Below, in pieces: positions 46,390-57,152 of a DNA stretch of 64,000 nt (its first letter is position 1; every line of letters starts with the position of its first letter). The notes under the pieces are model-generated. The model was not told the DNA's origin, did not search any database, and saw only the letters and a list, made by a program, of their open reading frames with translations. A program made the translations under genes and the position numbers. The stretch is taken from assembly GCA_918797485.1 (NCBI GenBank), contig CAKKNE010000005.1, positions 1,302,001-1,366,000 of the forward strand, read 5' to 3'. Source of the stretch: Pelagomonas calceolata (Eukaryota).

Positions 46390-48327
46390 TTAAAGCTCCT
46401 CGCCCCCCTGCAGATAATCGGACTCGCGCGGCGGCGCCGCCGGCCGTTCATATAAAGCGGAGTCCGACACCGGCTCGACCCGAAACAATTGGGACGCCGC
46501 CCCGGAGCACTTCTGGACGACGAGAGAAGGCGCCGGATTCGCGTTCGTCGGCGGCGGCGCGTCGATACATAAATGTCTGACAGGATGTCTAGGATACGGC
46601 ACGTTGATGTAGACCGAGCCCTGCTCCGGTTGTCCTCGAGCACCCGTACCTAACGCTAAGAGCTGGTTCCACCGCCCATTACAAGGAAATCCAATGATGC
46701 GCGTGCCCGGCGCAATGCTTTCGCCGTTTAAGTCCAAACAAGTCATCCGCCGCCCTTCCACATGTGCGACCGGACAAAAAGGTGATGGAGAGTGGTCGCC
46801 GGGCTTCACGAGAGCCTGTCTCCCTGATCTCAACTCAATATGGCCGTCCGTCGAACAGGGCCCGATGTTGAACCTCTGGGACGCGTCCCTTCTATCACAG
46901 GGCTTCAGGGACACCTCATAGATACTTCTCTCAGCTTGATTCGACATAGAAACACATAGCTCGACGCCATTCTGCGCTTCTCGCACGAATCTTATATTTT
47001 CAAAGTACTGACGCGGCTTCTCTGAATAACCTGCCGTATCCTGTAACGCTCTGTTCGCATCGATCGCATCTAAGATCTTGGCGTCGTACGTCGCGTCGAA
47101 CTTCCTCGCAAATAAGGCGCCGCCCAACTCCAACACGGGCATATAATCCAACGTCAGAGTCGTAGGCGACCGCCCGCAGTGCCGCGGATCGGGCTGCAGA
47201 CACTTGTTCTGCGCGGGACCCTCGACTTTATCAGACTCCCACTGGTCGAACTGCACATGTAGGAAATTCTGGTTGTAGTGTTTGTGGCACATCGGTGAAT
47301 TCTTCAGGACTGTGGTAAAGAAGTTCTCGTCGGCGACCATCGTGTACCGGCCGTACGGCGCGTACTGCGACGCGAAACTTCGACGTTGCCGCGGCGACTC
47401 TCTACCGGTAGCATACGCGGCGAAGTCGCGCGTGATGACCATCCACTGGGACCCCATGTACATTTTAATTTTCCGCGGCGGTAGCAATCGCGTGATCCGT
47501 CGCATCTTCCCGTCGCACTCGACGAACTGGTGCCAGGCCCGCGGCATGGGGTCGTTGGGCTGGGGTCGGATCTCCAGGAACTCCGTGTCCGACGGGTGTC
47601 TTGCTAATTCTTCTCGGATCCTTCGGTTCGACGCCAACGGATAGGTGTAGCCGGACGCCGTAACGATCCAATCAAATTTACCATCCAACACATCTAAGGC
47701 ATACGCTAAGCCGTTTAGCGTGGCTTGCACCACATTAAAACCTCCCCAGCTGACAGATTGCCGTCCGGTCTCGAGAACGTGGACGTGTGATCTTGTTGAG
47801 GCATAGTTCAGCAAGTAATTATATGTCGATTGAGATTGGGGCTTGTCGTCGACGTGGATGATGAAATTATGTCGCGTGCCTTCCTCCAGAGATTCTATCA
47901 AGCGTGTAATTTGCTGCGGTGTCTCATGCACGACTAACAAATACGCCAAGCGAATGTCCTCCGCTCGTAACCGTGGAGCGCGAGGTGCATTGTCGCGTTG
48001 TGACGGGCAGTCGGAGACGTAGCCCGTCCTTTCGAAGGGTAACCAGTCCTCGCTGATCTGTCTTTTGTAGGAGTCGATGAACGTCGAGGTGACTTCCTCG
48101 CGGCACTTCTCGGTCGTCGTGTCTTTAAGTAGATCATCTAGACGCTTCCGCGTGGCCTCGTTGAGCGCGGTTTCGACTTTCTGGTAGTGGCGCTCGACCG
48201 ACGACGACGTTGCAGGCGCCTGTCGGGAGACGCGGCCGAAGAGGCGTCTTAATTTATCGTAGGTCTCGTCGCTGTAGAGCGCGGCTTGCGTCGCGGCGAT
48301 CAGCGCACAGTAGCTCAGGGCGCGCAT
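46390..48327 (-). CDS. GT14 (core-2/I-branching or xylosyltransferase-like) glycosyltransferase with ricin-B-like lectin domain
   Basis: LAYLLVVH, FIIHVD, VSWGGFNVV, GSQWMVITRDF, ADENFFTT, LFARKFD, C-terminal CLDLNG...CNGRWNQ, ends GEEL. Confidence 0.88.
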   Translation of the reverse strand: MRALSYCALIAATQAALYSDETYDKLRRLFGRVSRQAPATSSSVERHYQKVETALNEATRKRLDDLLKDTTTEKCREEVTSTFIDSYKRQISEDWLPFERTGYVSDCPSQRDNAPRAPRLRAEDIRLAYLLVVHETPQQITRLIESLEEGTRHNFIIHVDDKPQSQSTYNYLLNYASTRSHVHVLETGRQSVSWGGFNVVQATLNGLAYALDVLDGKFDWIVTASGYTYPLASNRRIREELARHPSDTEFLEIRPQPNDPMPRAWHQFVECDGKMRRITRLLPPRKIKMYMGSQWMVITRDFAAYATGRESPRQRRSFASQYAPYGRYTMVADENFFTTVLKNSPMCHKHYNQNFLHVQFDQWESDKVEGPAQNKCLQPDPRHCGRSPTTLTLDYMPVLELGGALFARKFDATYDAKILDAIDANRALQDTAGYSEKPRQYFENIRFVREAQNGVELCVSMSNQAERSIYEVSLKPCDRRDASQRFNIGPCSTDGHIELRSGRQALVKPGDHSPSPFCPVAHVEGRRMTCLDLNGESIAPGTRIIGFPCNGRWNQLLALGTGARGQPEQGSVYINVPYPRHPVRHLCIDAPPPTNANPAPSLVVQKCSGAASQLFRVEPVSDSALYERPAAPPRESDYLQGGEEL

Positions 48328-48791
48328 GGTGCAGCTCCTGCAGCTCCTCTGGTGGATGCTGCCTCGCTGGCCACACTGCCCGCCGCAGACCGCTCAATTC
48401 GCACGGCTCGAGCGCCGCTGCAGCAAAGCTATTTCCGCTTGCTAAGCAAAGGCTGCGCAGCTGTAGCACAGCTGTGTAGATGTCTGCTGAAAAAATTTAG
48501 CCATATTAGTGCCTTTGTTACGCTATGAATAGATTGCAATAATAAGCTGAGACGGTGGTAGTGACGACGCGCACGCACGCCGCATGCACGCGACGCACTG
48601 CATTGCCATTGGTGCTGCTGCGCACAACCTGGGAACGACTGGATAGCACACTGCCCCGCACTGCCTAAAAGCATGAAGCTCTGCAGTGTGCACGCTGCCA
48701 CTGAAGAGCCTGGCTCAATTTGAGAGCAAACACAAGCGTAGTGCCACAAACGCATCGCATCGGTGCCACAAGCTCATCAGTGGCTGTACCG

Positions 48792-49859
48792 ATGACGGCC
48801 ACGACAGCAGCCGTGCCAATCTTCCCGCTGGCCAATCTCGAGCAGCACGTCGACGCGCTGCGTAAGACCTGCCACGAGACCGGCTTGTTCTATCTGCGCC
48901 TAGACGACGCGGGGGCGTGCGAGCGCTGCGCCGCCGCCGCGCGCGAGTTCTTCGACAGCGACGACGCGACGAAGGCCATCTGTAGCTACGAGGCCTCGCC
49001 GGCGTTTCGGGGCTACATGCGGTTAGGCGTGGAGAACACGGCCGGCGTGATCGACGCGAGGGAGCAGATCGAGCTCGGGCGGGAAGACGGGATTTGTGAT
49101 GGCGTCGCGCAGCGGCTCGTGGGCGCGAACCGCTGGCCGGATAATGATGGAAAACTGCGCGGTGCGTGCGAGCCCTGGCTCGCGGCCATGAGCGCCGCCG
49201 CGGCGCGCGTCACGCGGGCGCTGTCGTTGGGCCTCGGGCTGGAGGCCTCTACGCTCGACGACCGCGTTCTAGGTCAAGCACCACATTGGCAGGCCAAGCT
49301 CGCGTCCTATCCGCCGGACGTCGGCCCGGGAGTCGGGGCGCATTCGGACTCGGGCTGGCTGACGCTCCTCTGGGCGGACCAACCGGGCCTCGAGGCGCAG
49401 CTCCGGACGGGCGAGTGGGTCGCCGTGCCTCCTCGCGACGGCGCCGTCGCCGTGAACCTCGGCGAGATGCTGCAGCTCGCGTCGGGCGGCTACTACCGCG
49501 CGACGCCGCACCGTGTCGGCCCGTCTCAACAAAGACGCGTCTCGCTGCCCTTCTTCTGGAACCCGTCGCTGAGCGCTATTGTTGATGTCGTCTGCGACCC
49601 GTCGGCACTGCCCTGGACGCGCGACCGGCCGCCCGCCGAGACACGCCACTCGCTACTGCGGGCCTACGGCGCCAACGCGTTCAAGTCGCTCGCGCGGAGC
49701 CATCCCCTCGTTTTTGCGAGGCACCACCCGGACCTGTGCGTTCTCGAGGACGGGACGGTCGCGGCCCGCGACGAGGGCGACGCCGCGGCCCAGAGACCCG
49801 ACGACCAGATTTATTGTCAGTTTTCGTCGTTCTCGAGTCCCACGACGCCACACGTGTAA
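48792..49859 (+). CDS. 2OG-Fe(II) dioxygenase (isopenicillin N synthase-like)
   Basis: TGLFYL, FRGY, GANRWP, GAHSDSGWLTLL (HxD), VNLGEMLQ, ATPHRV, RVSLPFF. Confidence 0.92.
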   Translation: MTATTAAVPIFPLANLEQHVDALRKTCHETGLFYLRLDDAGACERCAAAAREFFDSDDATKAICSYEASPAFRGYMRLGVENTAGVIDAREQIELGREDGICDGVAQRLVGANRWPDNDGKLRGACEPWLAAMSAAAARVTRALSLGLGLEASTLDDRVLGQAPHWQAKLASYPPDVGPGVGAHSDSGWLTLLWADQPGLEAQLRTGEWVAVPPRDGAVAVNLGEMLQLASGGYYRATPHRVGPSQQRRVSLPFFWNPSLSAIVDVVCDPSALPWTRDRPPAETRHSLLRAYGANAFKSLARSHPLVFARHHPDLCVLEDGTVAARDEGDAAAQRPDDQIYCQFSSFSSPTTPHV

Positions 49860-49884
49860 TGTATTAGGTTTATTCAGAACATAG

Positions 49885-51006
49885 TTATGCGGGCGCCCGG
49901 ATCAAAACATATTCGCGCGACGACGACCCGAATTTCAGCATGTCCTTCTCCCTTAACTCGACGTAGCGCGCCGGGGCCAGCCTCTCTCCATTGAGGAATG
50001 TGCCGTTCGTGCTCTCCAGATCCATGACGTAGGGCAGCACGACGCGGACCTCGTCCAAATCATCCTTCAGTACCTTCAGGCGGAACTGCAGCACCGCGTG
50101 CTGCCCAGAACAACTCGGATGCATCGTCAGGATGTCCGCAATGTCCTTTATTCTTCCAATTAAAAAGGCCGACTGGCGGTGGATATGTAGTATTTTCACT
50201 TGTTCGCCGTTTTTGTACTCGTAGATGCGCCACCGATCTACCGGTTTCCGCGCGTCGTCGGGCTCCGTCCACTTCAGGACGTGGCCCTTGTACACATTAC
50301 CCGTGTTCTCGTCTTTCGCCAGGGCTCCTGACAACCCAAAGTCCGGCTTCGCGGCGTCCTCGTCGGCCTCGTAGCGCCGCTCCCTCTCGTCGTCCTCGTC
50401 ATCTTCGGCCTTCGTGCCCCACTTACTTGCTCGTTGTGTGGGTTGTGTCGGAGGCGGAGGGCCCCGCGTGTCCTCGGCGACGTTGACGCGCAATTGCCGT
50501 CCGTCGAGCTCCGTGCCGTCCGCTTGCGCAACAGCCAGCTTCGCGTCCGCGGCATCTCGAAACGTCACGAACCCAAACCCGCGCGGCTTGCCCGTCGTCC
50601 GGTCCTGGGGCAAAAAACAATCATTCACGGGACCCCATTTCTCGAAGAACTTTCGGAGCTGGTCGGTGTCGATCTCATAACTCAAATTGCCCACGAAGAG
50701 GCGGCTGCCCGGCTCGACGACGCGTCGTGGTCGTGGCGGCGGCATGCCGCGGCGCGGCGACGGCGCGCGGCGGCGCGGGCTCGGCGAGCGGCGGCGGCGC
50801 GGCGAGCGCGACCGCGGCGACCGCGACCGGTGCCGCCGTCGCGGTGGTGAGCGCGACCGTCGCCGCTGCGGGCTGGACGAGCGCTGTCTGCGCCGCGGCG
50901 GCGAGCGCGAGCGTGCGCGCCGAGGGCTGGGCGACCGGGAGCTGCTTGGTGAGCGGCGGCGGCGCGGCGGAGAGCGAGATCGAGAGCGCGACCTCGAGCG
51001 ACCCAT
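49885..51006 (-). CDS. SNIP1: SNIP1/Pml1-like FHA protein with RS domain and RRM
   Basis: RS repeats, RRM (LFVGNL, RGFGFVTF), KPDFGLSGAL, EPDDARKP..RWR, HPSCSGQHAVLQFR, DLESTNGTFLN, FGSSSREY. Confidence 0.85.
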   Translation of the reverse strand: MGRSRSRSRSRSPPRRRRSPSSSRSPSPRRARSRSPPRRRQRSSSPQRRRSRSPPRRRHRSRSPRSRSPRRRRSPSPRRRAPSPRRGMPPPRPRRVVEPGSRLFVGNLSYEIDTDQLRKFFEKWGPVNDCFLPQDRTTGKPRGFGFVTFRDAADAKLAVAQADGTELDGRQLRVNVAEDTRGPPPPTQPTQRASKWGTKAEDDEDDERERRYEADEDAAKPDFGLSGALAKDENTGNVYKGHVLKWTEPDDARKPVDRWRIYEYKNGEQVKILHIHRQSAFLIGRIKDIADILTMHPSCSGQHAVLQFRLKVLKDDLDEVRVVLPYVMDLESTNGTFLNGERLAPARYVELREKDMLKFGSSSREYVLIRAPA

Positions 51007-51092
51007 GGCGGCAGTTGATGATGCGTCAAAAGCAGCACTTATAGACCAAGGAGAGGCTCTGTGCAGCCAATTTTGTCTTTATGCTAAAGCTT

Positions 51093-51115
51093 GCTAGCGG
51101 CTGGTAACACACTAG
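51093..51115 (-). promoter_or_regulatory. Bipartite upstream motif copy
   Basis: Reverse complement is CTAGTGTGTTACcagcCGCTAGC, in a divergent spacer. Confidence 0.6.
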
Positions 51116-51261
51116 CAAGACAACGCTGTCGACGAGCAAGGGCCTGCAAGGCCCGTAGCGCCCTGCATGGGGAGACAGTCGCGCTGCTAGCACGTACTGG
51201 ACGTCCCGTCGACGCCTAGGACGCGGCGAGGCAGCCCCGGGCCAGGCACCCCACCACCAAA

Positions 51262-53124
51262 ATGCCGCGCTCCCCGGGCACGCCCCCGACGCCCGGCGTC
51301 GTCGTCGAAGAGGTCGCGAGCAGCCCGAAGCCCGGCCTCTTCGCCCGGCTCTTCAAGAAGGCGCCGAAGGTCGACGACGAGGCGAAGACGCCGTCCCCTG
51401 AGAAGCCAAAAAAGAAGAAGCCGCGAGCCCGCGGCTTCGAGCCCCTCGGGCCGAGTCCCGCCCGGTCGCGACGATCGCAAAGAGAACCGGACGAGCTGAC
51501 CATCGCCACCACCATCGATTCCCAGAGTCCGGAGAGACCACCTAGACCGAAAGCAGTGATCGGACCGGACGGGAAACGCGACGCCTCCGCCATGGTCGCG
51601 CGCATCAAGCAGGATCGTTTGCGAAGGGAGAAGAAGCTGTTTCGGTTGCGAGCGCAACTGGCCCACTTAGATCGACGGCCCGCGGCGCCGCCGCGCGTCG
51701 CGACGCCGCCGCTCAAATTACCGCCAGATGATCCTACATTTGCCAAGTCAGCACATGCACAAGTCCAAAATATGTTAAGAGAGGTCGAGGACCAGAACCG
51801 CGCGTCCCTGGAGGAATTGGAATCGACGCTGCCCGACACGACTGTAGAAGACCCTTCGACGCTCAACCAGGAGTCGATGCTCGAGACGGTCGCGACCACG
51901 CCGCTCATCTTGGATAAGAACTTGACGGACGGCGAGGCGGCCATGCTTGTGGCCTCTAGAACGAAGCGCTGGAACGCGTGCGATGCGGCCGAGGCGGCGT
52001 TTCGCTGGGAGCCGCCCCAAAAAGCTGTCCGGAAGGACTGGGTCATGGCGATTGCTACCGATGATAGGGATGGCGCTCTGGCTACGATCGAAGCCCAACG
52101 AGCTTTGTCCATTGAGGTGGATTCTCGAAAGCCCGAACAATTTGGCCTGCAGATCCCGGGCGTGTTCGAGGCGGATTTGACTGATGCGGAGACCGGTCGA
52201 CTCGTCGCTAGAGGGTGCAAGCGGGCGAACCGGTACACGATCTACGACGCGGAGAACCTCGAGGATGAACGGATACTCCTAGCGAACCTGCAAGTCGGCT
52301 ACAATAACGCGCTGCGACGAGTCGAAGAGGCCGAGGAGGCGGACCGCTTGCGGCCGGGCGACCAGGACCAGGTCAAGGCCATCTACAAGGCAAAGAATGA
52401 CGTGGGACCAATCGAGGAAGCCCTGGACGCGCAGGAACGACGCGTATCGAGGCTGGCGAAGGAGGAAAAACATTTGCCCCAGCAGACCTACGCGAACGAG
52501 CGGAGCCGCATGCGTTCGTCGACCACTATTGTGGGATGTGCGCGGCGGGACGATCCCTGGATCGATGACGGTGACCTACTCACTGCGGCGTCATTAAGGT
52601 TGGACCTCCGCGTCTCGTTGCGGGGCCCCTACTGGGGCCCGCGGCCGGATAGAAGGCAAGACACGCAGTTGCGGGAGGAGCGCCCGTTACCGCACGTCGA
52701 GATGACGTACGCGTGCCCCTGCGGTAGTGTGGTAGACCGGGCGTTCCGCGACGATCACCGGAGGAAGTGTCGACTCTTCCGGGAGTCGTGGGAGGAGTTG
52801 CTGAGGCGACTGGTGGAGCACAAAGGGCGGCCGGAGGTGCGGAGGCTGGTCGGGCGGGTGGGCGGCGCGAATCTGTGCGACGAGGCTTCAGCTTTTTGCG
52901 CGCTCGCGATTTGCGGCGGCGACGTCGACGAGGCCGTCCAGCGGCTACAGCACGATGCTTTTAGGCAAGACTGCGCCGTCGCCGCCGAGCTTCATGGTTT
53001 GGCAGCCTTAGATCCGGGGCTGCGGAAGGTTTATGTGGTCGGCGACTCGGGGTCGGGCCACACGGTCGAGCGGGACCTGAAGGCGTGCTACCGCATCAGC
53101 AAGCACAAGATCCGCGTAAATTGA
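51262..53124 (+). CDS. Hypothetical protein (coiled coil, possible Zn-finger and UBA-like C-terminus)
   Basis: 620-aa ORF with CPCG...HRRKC and ALAICGGDVDEAVQRL. Confidence 0.65.
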   Translation: MPRSPGTPPTPGVVVEEVASSPKPGLFARLFKKAPKVDDEAKTPSPEKPKKKKPRARGFEPLGPSPARSRRSQREPDELTIATTIDSQSPERPPRPKAVIGPDGKRDASAMVARIKQDRLRREKKLFRLRAQLAHLDRRPAAPPRVATPPLKLPPDDPTFAKSAHAQVQNMLREVEDQNRASLEELESTLPDTTVEDPSTLNQESMLETVATTPLILDKNLTDGEAAMLVASRTKRWNACDAAEAAFRWEPPQKAVRKDWVMAIATDDRDGALATIEAQRALSIEVDSRKPEQFGLQIPGVFEADLTDAETGRLVARGCKRANRYTIYDAENLEDERILLANLQVGYNNALRRVEEAEEADRLRPGDQDQVKAIYKAKNDVGPIEEALDAQERRVSRLAKEEKHLPQQTYANERSRMRSSTTIVGCARRDDPWIDDGDLLTAASLRLDLRVSLRGPYWGPRPDRRQDTQLREERPLPHVEMTYACPCGSVVDRAFRDDHRRKCRLFRESWEELLRRLVEHKGRPEVRRLVGRVGGANLCDEASAFCALAICGGDVDEAVQRLQHDAFRQDCAVAAELHGLAALDPGLRKVYVVGDSGSGHTVERDLKACYRISKHKIRVN

Positions 53125-53154
53125 ATGTGTGTTTACTACTATATTCCAGCAATT

Positions 53155-54024
53155 CTAGGAGAAGAAGCCGCGCTGCGACGGCTGCGACGGCGGCGACACG
53201 CTCTCGAGACGTCCGTGGTGCCAGTGCCGGTCGCGATCCGAGGCCGAGACATAGGACAAGAACATGTCCTCGAGCTCCCTTCTCGTATGTTTCTGGGCCA
53301 GCTGCAAAGGACTCAGGCGATGCACATAATCCGGTTCGAGGATGAGATGCGCGCAGCCGTGCTCCAACAACAGCTTCGCCGACTGGACGTCATCATGCAA
53401 AGCCGCGTGCCAGAGGAGCGTCCTTCCTTCGGCGTCCTCCGCGTCGGCGACCAGCCCATCGTTGTCGGTCGTCCGCCCCTTCACCTTCTCTCTGAATAAA
53501 TGGGCATCTTCCCTTGTTGTGACGGGTATCAGACTGAGGGCGTCCTGGAAATGCTTCTTCCCGTGCGGCCTGGTGGATGTCCGGTTGTCTTCCACGCAGC
53601 ACATCCAGCCGGCCCTCTCAAAACAACCAGCAACACCTCCGGGAGCTTCCAGTTGTAGCGTGGACATCTGTCTCTCCCGATAGCTTTTGTGTGTCGGCGT
53701 CGGGGTGTAGTGGTAGTTTGCTCCAGAAGTGTCGGTTTCTGGCATGGGCGGGCTCGCGGCGTGCGCGGGAGGCGCCGGGATCGGCGCCTTGGCTTTCTTG
53801 GCCCTTCGGGGCTTGCTGGCCTTTGGCGCCTTCTTCTCCAAGGCCCGGAAAGCTCGCTCCGCTCGGTCCGTCGCCGCGCGCTCCGTCGCGTCCGCGACGC
53901 GCCAGTTCACCGACGCGGCGGCCGACTCGCTGCGCGTGGACGGCGGCCGCGGCGCCGGCTCCGGCTCCGTGAGCGAGCGCAGGAACGCGTTCGTCGCGGG
54001 GAAGTACTCGTCGGTGGTGGCCAT
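53155..54024 (-). CDS. Ankyrin-repeat protein
   Basis: DAEGRTLLWHAA...AKLLLEHG and LSPLQLA. Confidence 0.7.
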   Translation of the reverse strand: MATTDEYFPATNAFLRSLTEPEPAPRPPSTRSESAAASVNWRVADATERAATDRAERAFRALEKKAPKASKPRRAKKAKAPIPAPPAHAASPPMPETDTSGANYHYTPTPTHKSYRERQMSTLQLEAPGGVAGCFERAGWMCCVEDNRTSTRPHGKKHFQDALSLIPVTTREDAHLFREKVKGRTTDNDGLVADAEDAEGRTLLWHAALHDDVQSAKLLLEHGCAHLILEPDYVHRLSPLQLAQKHTRRELEDMFLSYVSASDRDRHWHHGRLESVSPPSQPSQRGFFS

Positions 54025-54291
54025 TCTGTCTTGTGTGGAACCGCTGGCAGAGGCCTCCCTTGCAGGGGCTGCCGCGGGCTGCTGCTCCTGGGACCGTTCG
54101 TGCGTGTCGCCTCGTTGCGCTTGCCCCTTTGAGCGCTCTCGTGCGCTCTCTTATTGTGTTGTGGGCTGAAGAAAAAATCTGGCCAGGGGAGGCCAGTACC
54201 AGTGGCAGACACACTAGATTTTTGCGCGCCGTGTTCACAAGGCTCCTTGGCGGTCTGTGCCGAGACTGACGGAATTCTAGGTAACCAATTA

Positions 54292-54894
54292 CTACCGAGG
54301 CGCCTCCTCTCCAACTAACCGCGCGACCTCCTTCGCCGAGCTCTGGAGGATAAGGACATAACCCGCGCGCGTCAACAAGTCAGAATGAGTCAAGCGCGCC
54401 CCGAGCTCGAGGACGCGGCCGCGCACGCCCGGCCGTAAAGCAAATTGGGCGCCGTCGTCGCATTTTATGGTCAAAACCTTCTCGTCGGGCGCGACCTCGG
54501 CCGCGCCGCGCTTGCGCTTCCCCGAGATCTGCGCCGACGCGAGGCGGTCGGCGAAGGTTATGGAAGCGACTTTCCGACCGTCGCCGAAGCAGTCGTGGTC
54601 CGGGCGCACGTACACAACACAAACCTTGTTGGGCGCGCAGCAGACGACGGTGTCCCTTGTGTTTACAGTAGAATAGTAGCGCTCCAGGGAGCCTGGACGT
54701 GCCGTGGCGTCCATCGGTCGCGCGCGCGGCGCCGTCGGCGCCGTCGGTGGGAGTGCTTGCGGCGCCGGCGACGAGGCCGTCGCTTGCGCTGGCGGCGCGT
54801 CGCTTGCAGCCACGGGTGGCGCCTGCTGCATCGATGCGGCTCCTGCTCGTGCTGGAGAGGCTGGAGAGGGTGCAGTGCCACCAGCTGCATCCAT
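54292..54894 (-). CDS. Abitram/Simiate (FAM206A)-like protein
   Basis: SLERYY, NKVCVV, QISGKRKRGA, GVRGRVLE match the remembered family pattern. Confidence 0.65.
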   Translation of the reverse strand: MDAAGGTAPSPASPARAGAASMQQAPPVAASDAPPAQATASSPAPQALPPTAPTAPRARPMDATARPGSLERYYSTVNTRDTVVCCAPNKVCVVYVRPDHDCFGDGRKVASITFADRLASAQISGKRKRGAAEVAPDEKVLTIKCDDGAQFALRPGVRGRVLELGARLTHSDLLTRAGYVLILQSSAKEVARLVGEEAPR

Positions 54895-55020
54895 GATCGC
54901 TGCCGCACAGATGCTCGTTCGATTCAGGCGTGTTGTCTGTCAGTACTGCGCAGTTGTTTTCAGCATTTTGCGTCCTGCCAGGCCATGCGCAAAGGCTTCA
55001 ACGCTCAAGCGCAGCCGCGA

Positions 55021-55041
55021 GCTAGCGGCGTAAGACTCTAG
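55021..55041 (-). promoter_or_regulatory. Bipartite upstream motif copy
   Basis: Reverse complement is CTAGAGTCTTACgcCGCTAGC, in a divergent spacer. Confidence 0.6.
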
Positions 55042-55199
55042 CAAATCGATTTTGCCGAGCAGCCGAAACAACCAGGGCTGCCCCGCGCGGCAGTGGCGCA
55101 CGCATGGCGTCCGCATAGAGTGACCTCCATCCTAGATATTCGCGGTGCATCCGTTCGCCGCCGCTGCGGCGTATTCGTGTTCGGCTGAGGCGCGACAAC

Positions 55200-55457
55200 A
55201 TGGACGCCGTCTGCGACCTGAGCATCGGCGGCGTCGGCTTCGGCTGCGTCGGCAACATCGCCATCCTCGCCCTCATCGTACTGATCTTCGTCGCCGCGGC
55301 CGTCTACTGCGTCTGCTTTCGAAAGAGGAAGGAGCCGGACTCCGCGCCGGTGCAGCACTCGAAGGCCGACGAGGAGTGGTCGCGCGCGGCGCTGGCCGCG
55401 GCGGCGGATAGTGGAGGAGACGGGCTTGATGTCGGCGACGTCGAGATCGCCGAGTGA
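55200..55457 (+). CDS. Small single-pass membrane protein
   Basis: 85 aa with a strong TM (IAILALIVLIFVAAAVYCVCF) followed by RKRK. GC3-biased codons. Confidence 0.65.
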   Translation: MDAVCDLSIGGVGFGCVGNIAILALIVLIFVAAAVYCVCFRKRKEPDSAPVQHSKADEEWSRAALAAAADSGGDGLDVGDVEIAE

Positions 55458-55597
55458 GCGTCCGTCCGCCCGTCGCGCCGCTGTTTAACACGTTTTCAGA
55501 CTAGTACTACTGCTAGTGGGAGGGACCCAGGCCGGTGCACAGACGCCGGGAGAGCAATTAAAAGCAATAAATTACTCGTGTGGACGGGACGCGTCCT

Positions 55598-56728
55598 CTA
55601 TAAAGTCACCTCGCCCTCGAGACGCGCCGCGTTGTAGAACGCCGTCGACGCCGCCCGCCGCGCCTTGTCCTGCTTCGCGTACTTGGGCTTCTTCGTCTTC
55701 TGGGCCTTCATCTCGTTGTCGCGCACGACCTGCTGGTAGGGGTTCAGGGCCAGCATCGCCTCGAGGTTCTTCAGCGGGTTCTTCTTGGGCGCCTTCGGCC
55801 GCTGCGTGTCCTCCTCGGCCGCGCGGACGACGGACTGGATCTCGTCACTGTTGATGAGGCGCGCGAGGTCGGCGTTCTCCATGCACGCGCGCGGCAGGAC
55901 GTAGTCCTTCTTGAGCGCGGCCGAGCCGGCCGTGCCGTAGATGGCGTCGAGCTTCGCGAACGCATCCGAGGTCCACACCACAAAGCGGCCGCAGTGGCCG
56001 CCCGGCGCTAACAATAAAAGGTTGAGGCGGTCGACGTGGCATAAATCAACACCCGGCAAGTTCCTCATGGCTCTAGGTAACTGCTCCGCGCCCGCATGGA
56101 CCAAGAGAGGACCCTTGCGGCCCACATATCTGCGGTTGCGCATCTTGCCCTTGCCCGCCCTTAGTTTCTTGGAATCGGCGCACTTGTCCGTGTCGGCCTG
56201 GGCGCCGAGAGCGGCCAAGAGCTTCACGGCGTCCTTGGTCTTCGCTAAAGAATCGACCGACGAGTCCACGACGAGAGGTAATTCCGGGACCTCATCAATA
56301 CGGTGGCCGCGCGCCATGACGAGCGGCGGACAGGCAGAAGCGGCAATGGCCGAGGCCACGGCGTAGCGGCGCTCGTTCAGGTTGACCTTGCGGTGCCACT
56401 TGCGCCAGACCTTCGTCGGCGCGAACATGCGGCCCGAACGGCACATGTTGCCGAAGGCGCCCTGGCCCGAGCGCTGCGTGCCGCCGCCCTGGACGCGGGG
56501 AATACGCGACACGGCGCGGCCCGTGCCCCAGGACTCGGCCGACGTCTGGTGGCCGGCCTTCATCATGACGGCGTAGGCCTGGCGCGCGTTCTTCGCGATG
56601 TTCGTGTGCACGCTGCGGACGACGTCCGGCCGGATCGGGGCCGCGAAGACGCCCGGTAAAGGTACCGAGGCGCCGGTGGCCGCGCCGTCGGCGCCGTAGA
56701 CCGTCACTAAGGGTCTGGTCTCAGCCAT
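55598..56728 (-). CDS. RPL4: 60S ribosomal protein L4 (uL4)
   Basis: [57 protein letters not shown]. Confidence 0.98.
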   Translation of the reverse strand: MAETRPLVTVYGADGAATGASVPLPGVFAAPIRPDVVRSVHTNIAKNARQAYAVMMKAGHQTSAESWGTGRAVSRIPRVQGGGTQRSGQGAFGNMCRSGRMFAPTKVWRKWHRKVNLNERRYAVASAIAASACPPLVMARGHRIDEVPELPLVVDSSVDSLAKTKDAVKLLAALGAQADTDKCADSKKLRAGKGKMRNRRYVGRKGPLLVHAGAEQLPRAMRNLPGVDLCHVDRLNLLLLAPGGHCGRFVVWTSDAFAKLDAIYGTAGSAALKKDYVLPRACMENADLARLINSDEIQSVVRAAEEDTQRPKAPKKNPLKNLEAMLALNPYQQVVRDNEMKAQKTKKPKYAKQDKARRAASTAFYNAARLEGEVTL

Positions 56729-57152
56729 GGTATCTGCGGGGGGCGGTGCGGTGAGTGTGGTGTGTCCAGCGACTGCAAGCGTGCTGTGGCTCTATCTCCG
56801 CCGCGTCGGCGAGTGGTCGTCTCGCTTTAAAGCTGCTGGCGACGACAGCTACGGAGGCCACTTCTATGATGCGCAGACGCAGGTAAATGCCGGTAGCAGC
56901 TCGCTTAGCTTTCCAATAACCAATCTCGTCGCCGAGGCGAGGGCTAAGGGCTAGTGGCTCCTGGACTAGTGGAGGCGGCCAGAGATCTCTATACGCCATC
57001 GCAGACGACCTCACGCAGTCGCCGCCGCCGCCACGAGTCCCAGAAACGAGCACAGAGCACCCTCGGTCGCCAGCGCGCGAGACCGCCGCGACAAATACGA
57101 GCTGTAGAGGGAGGTTAGAGAGAGAGAGGTGGCTAACACAGAACACTTTACA

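Noticed and set aside
5553..48327. Several proteins ending in xxEL (SKEL, RREL, EQEL, GEEL) as a functional ER cluster
   Set aside because: They are dispersed over 40 kb among unrelated genes. Variant ER-retrieval signals are common and clustering is not supported.
56721..57146. 141-aa minus-strand ORF upstream of RPL4
   Set aside because: It starts at a non-ATG codon, overlaps the RPL4 start and promoter region, and has no recognisable motifs.
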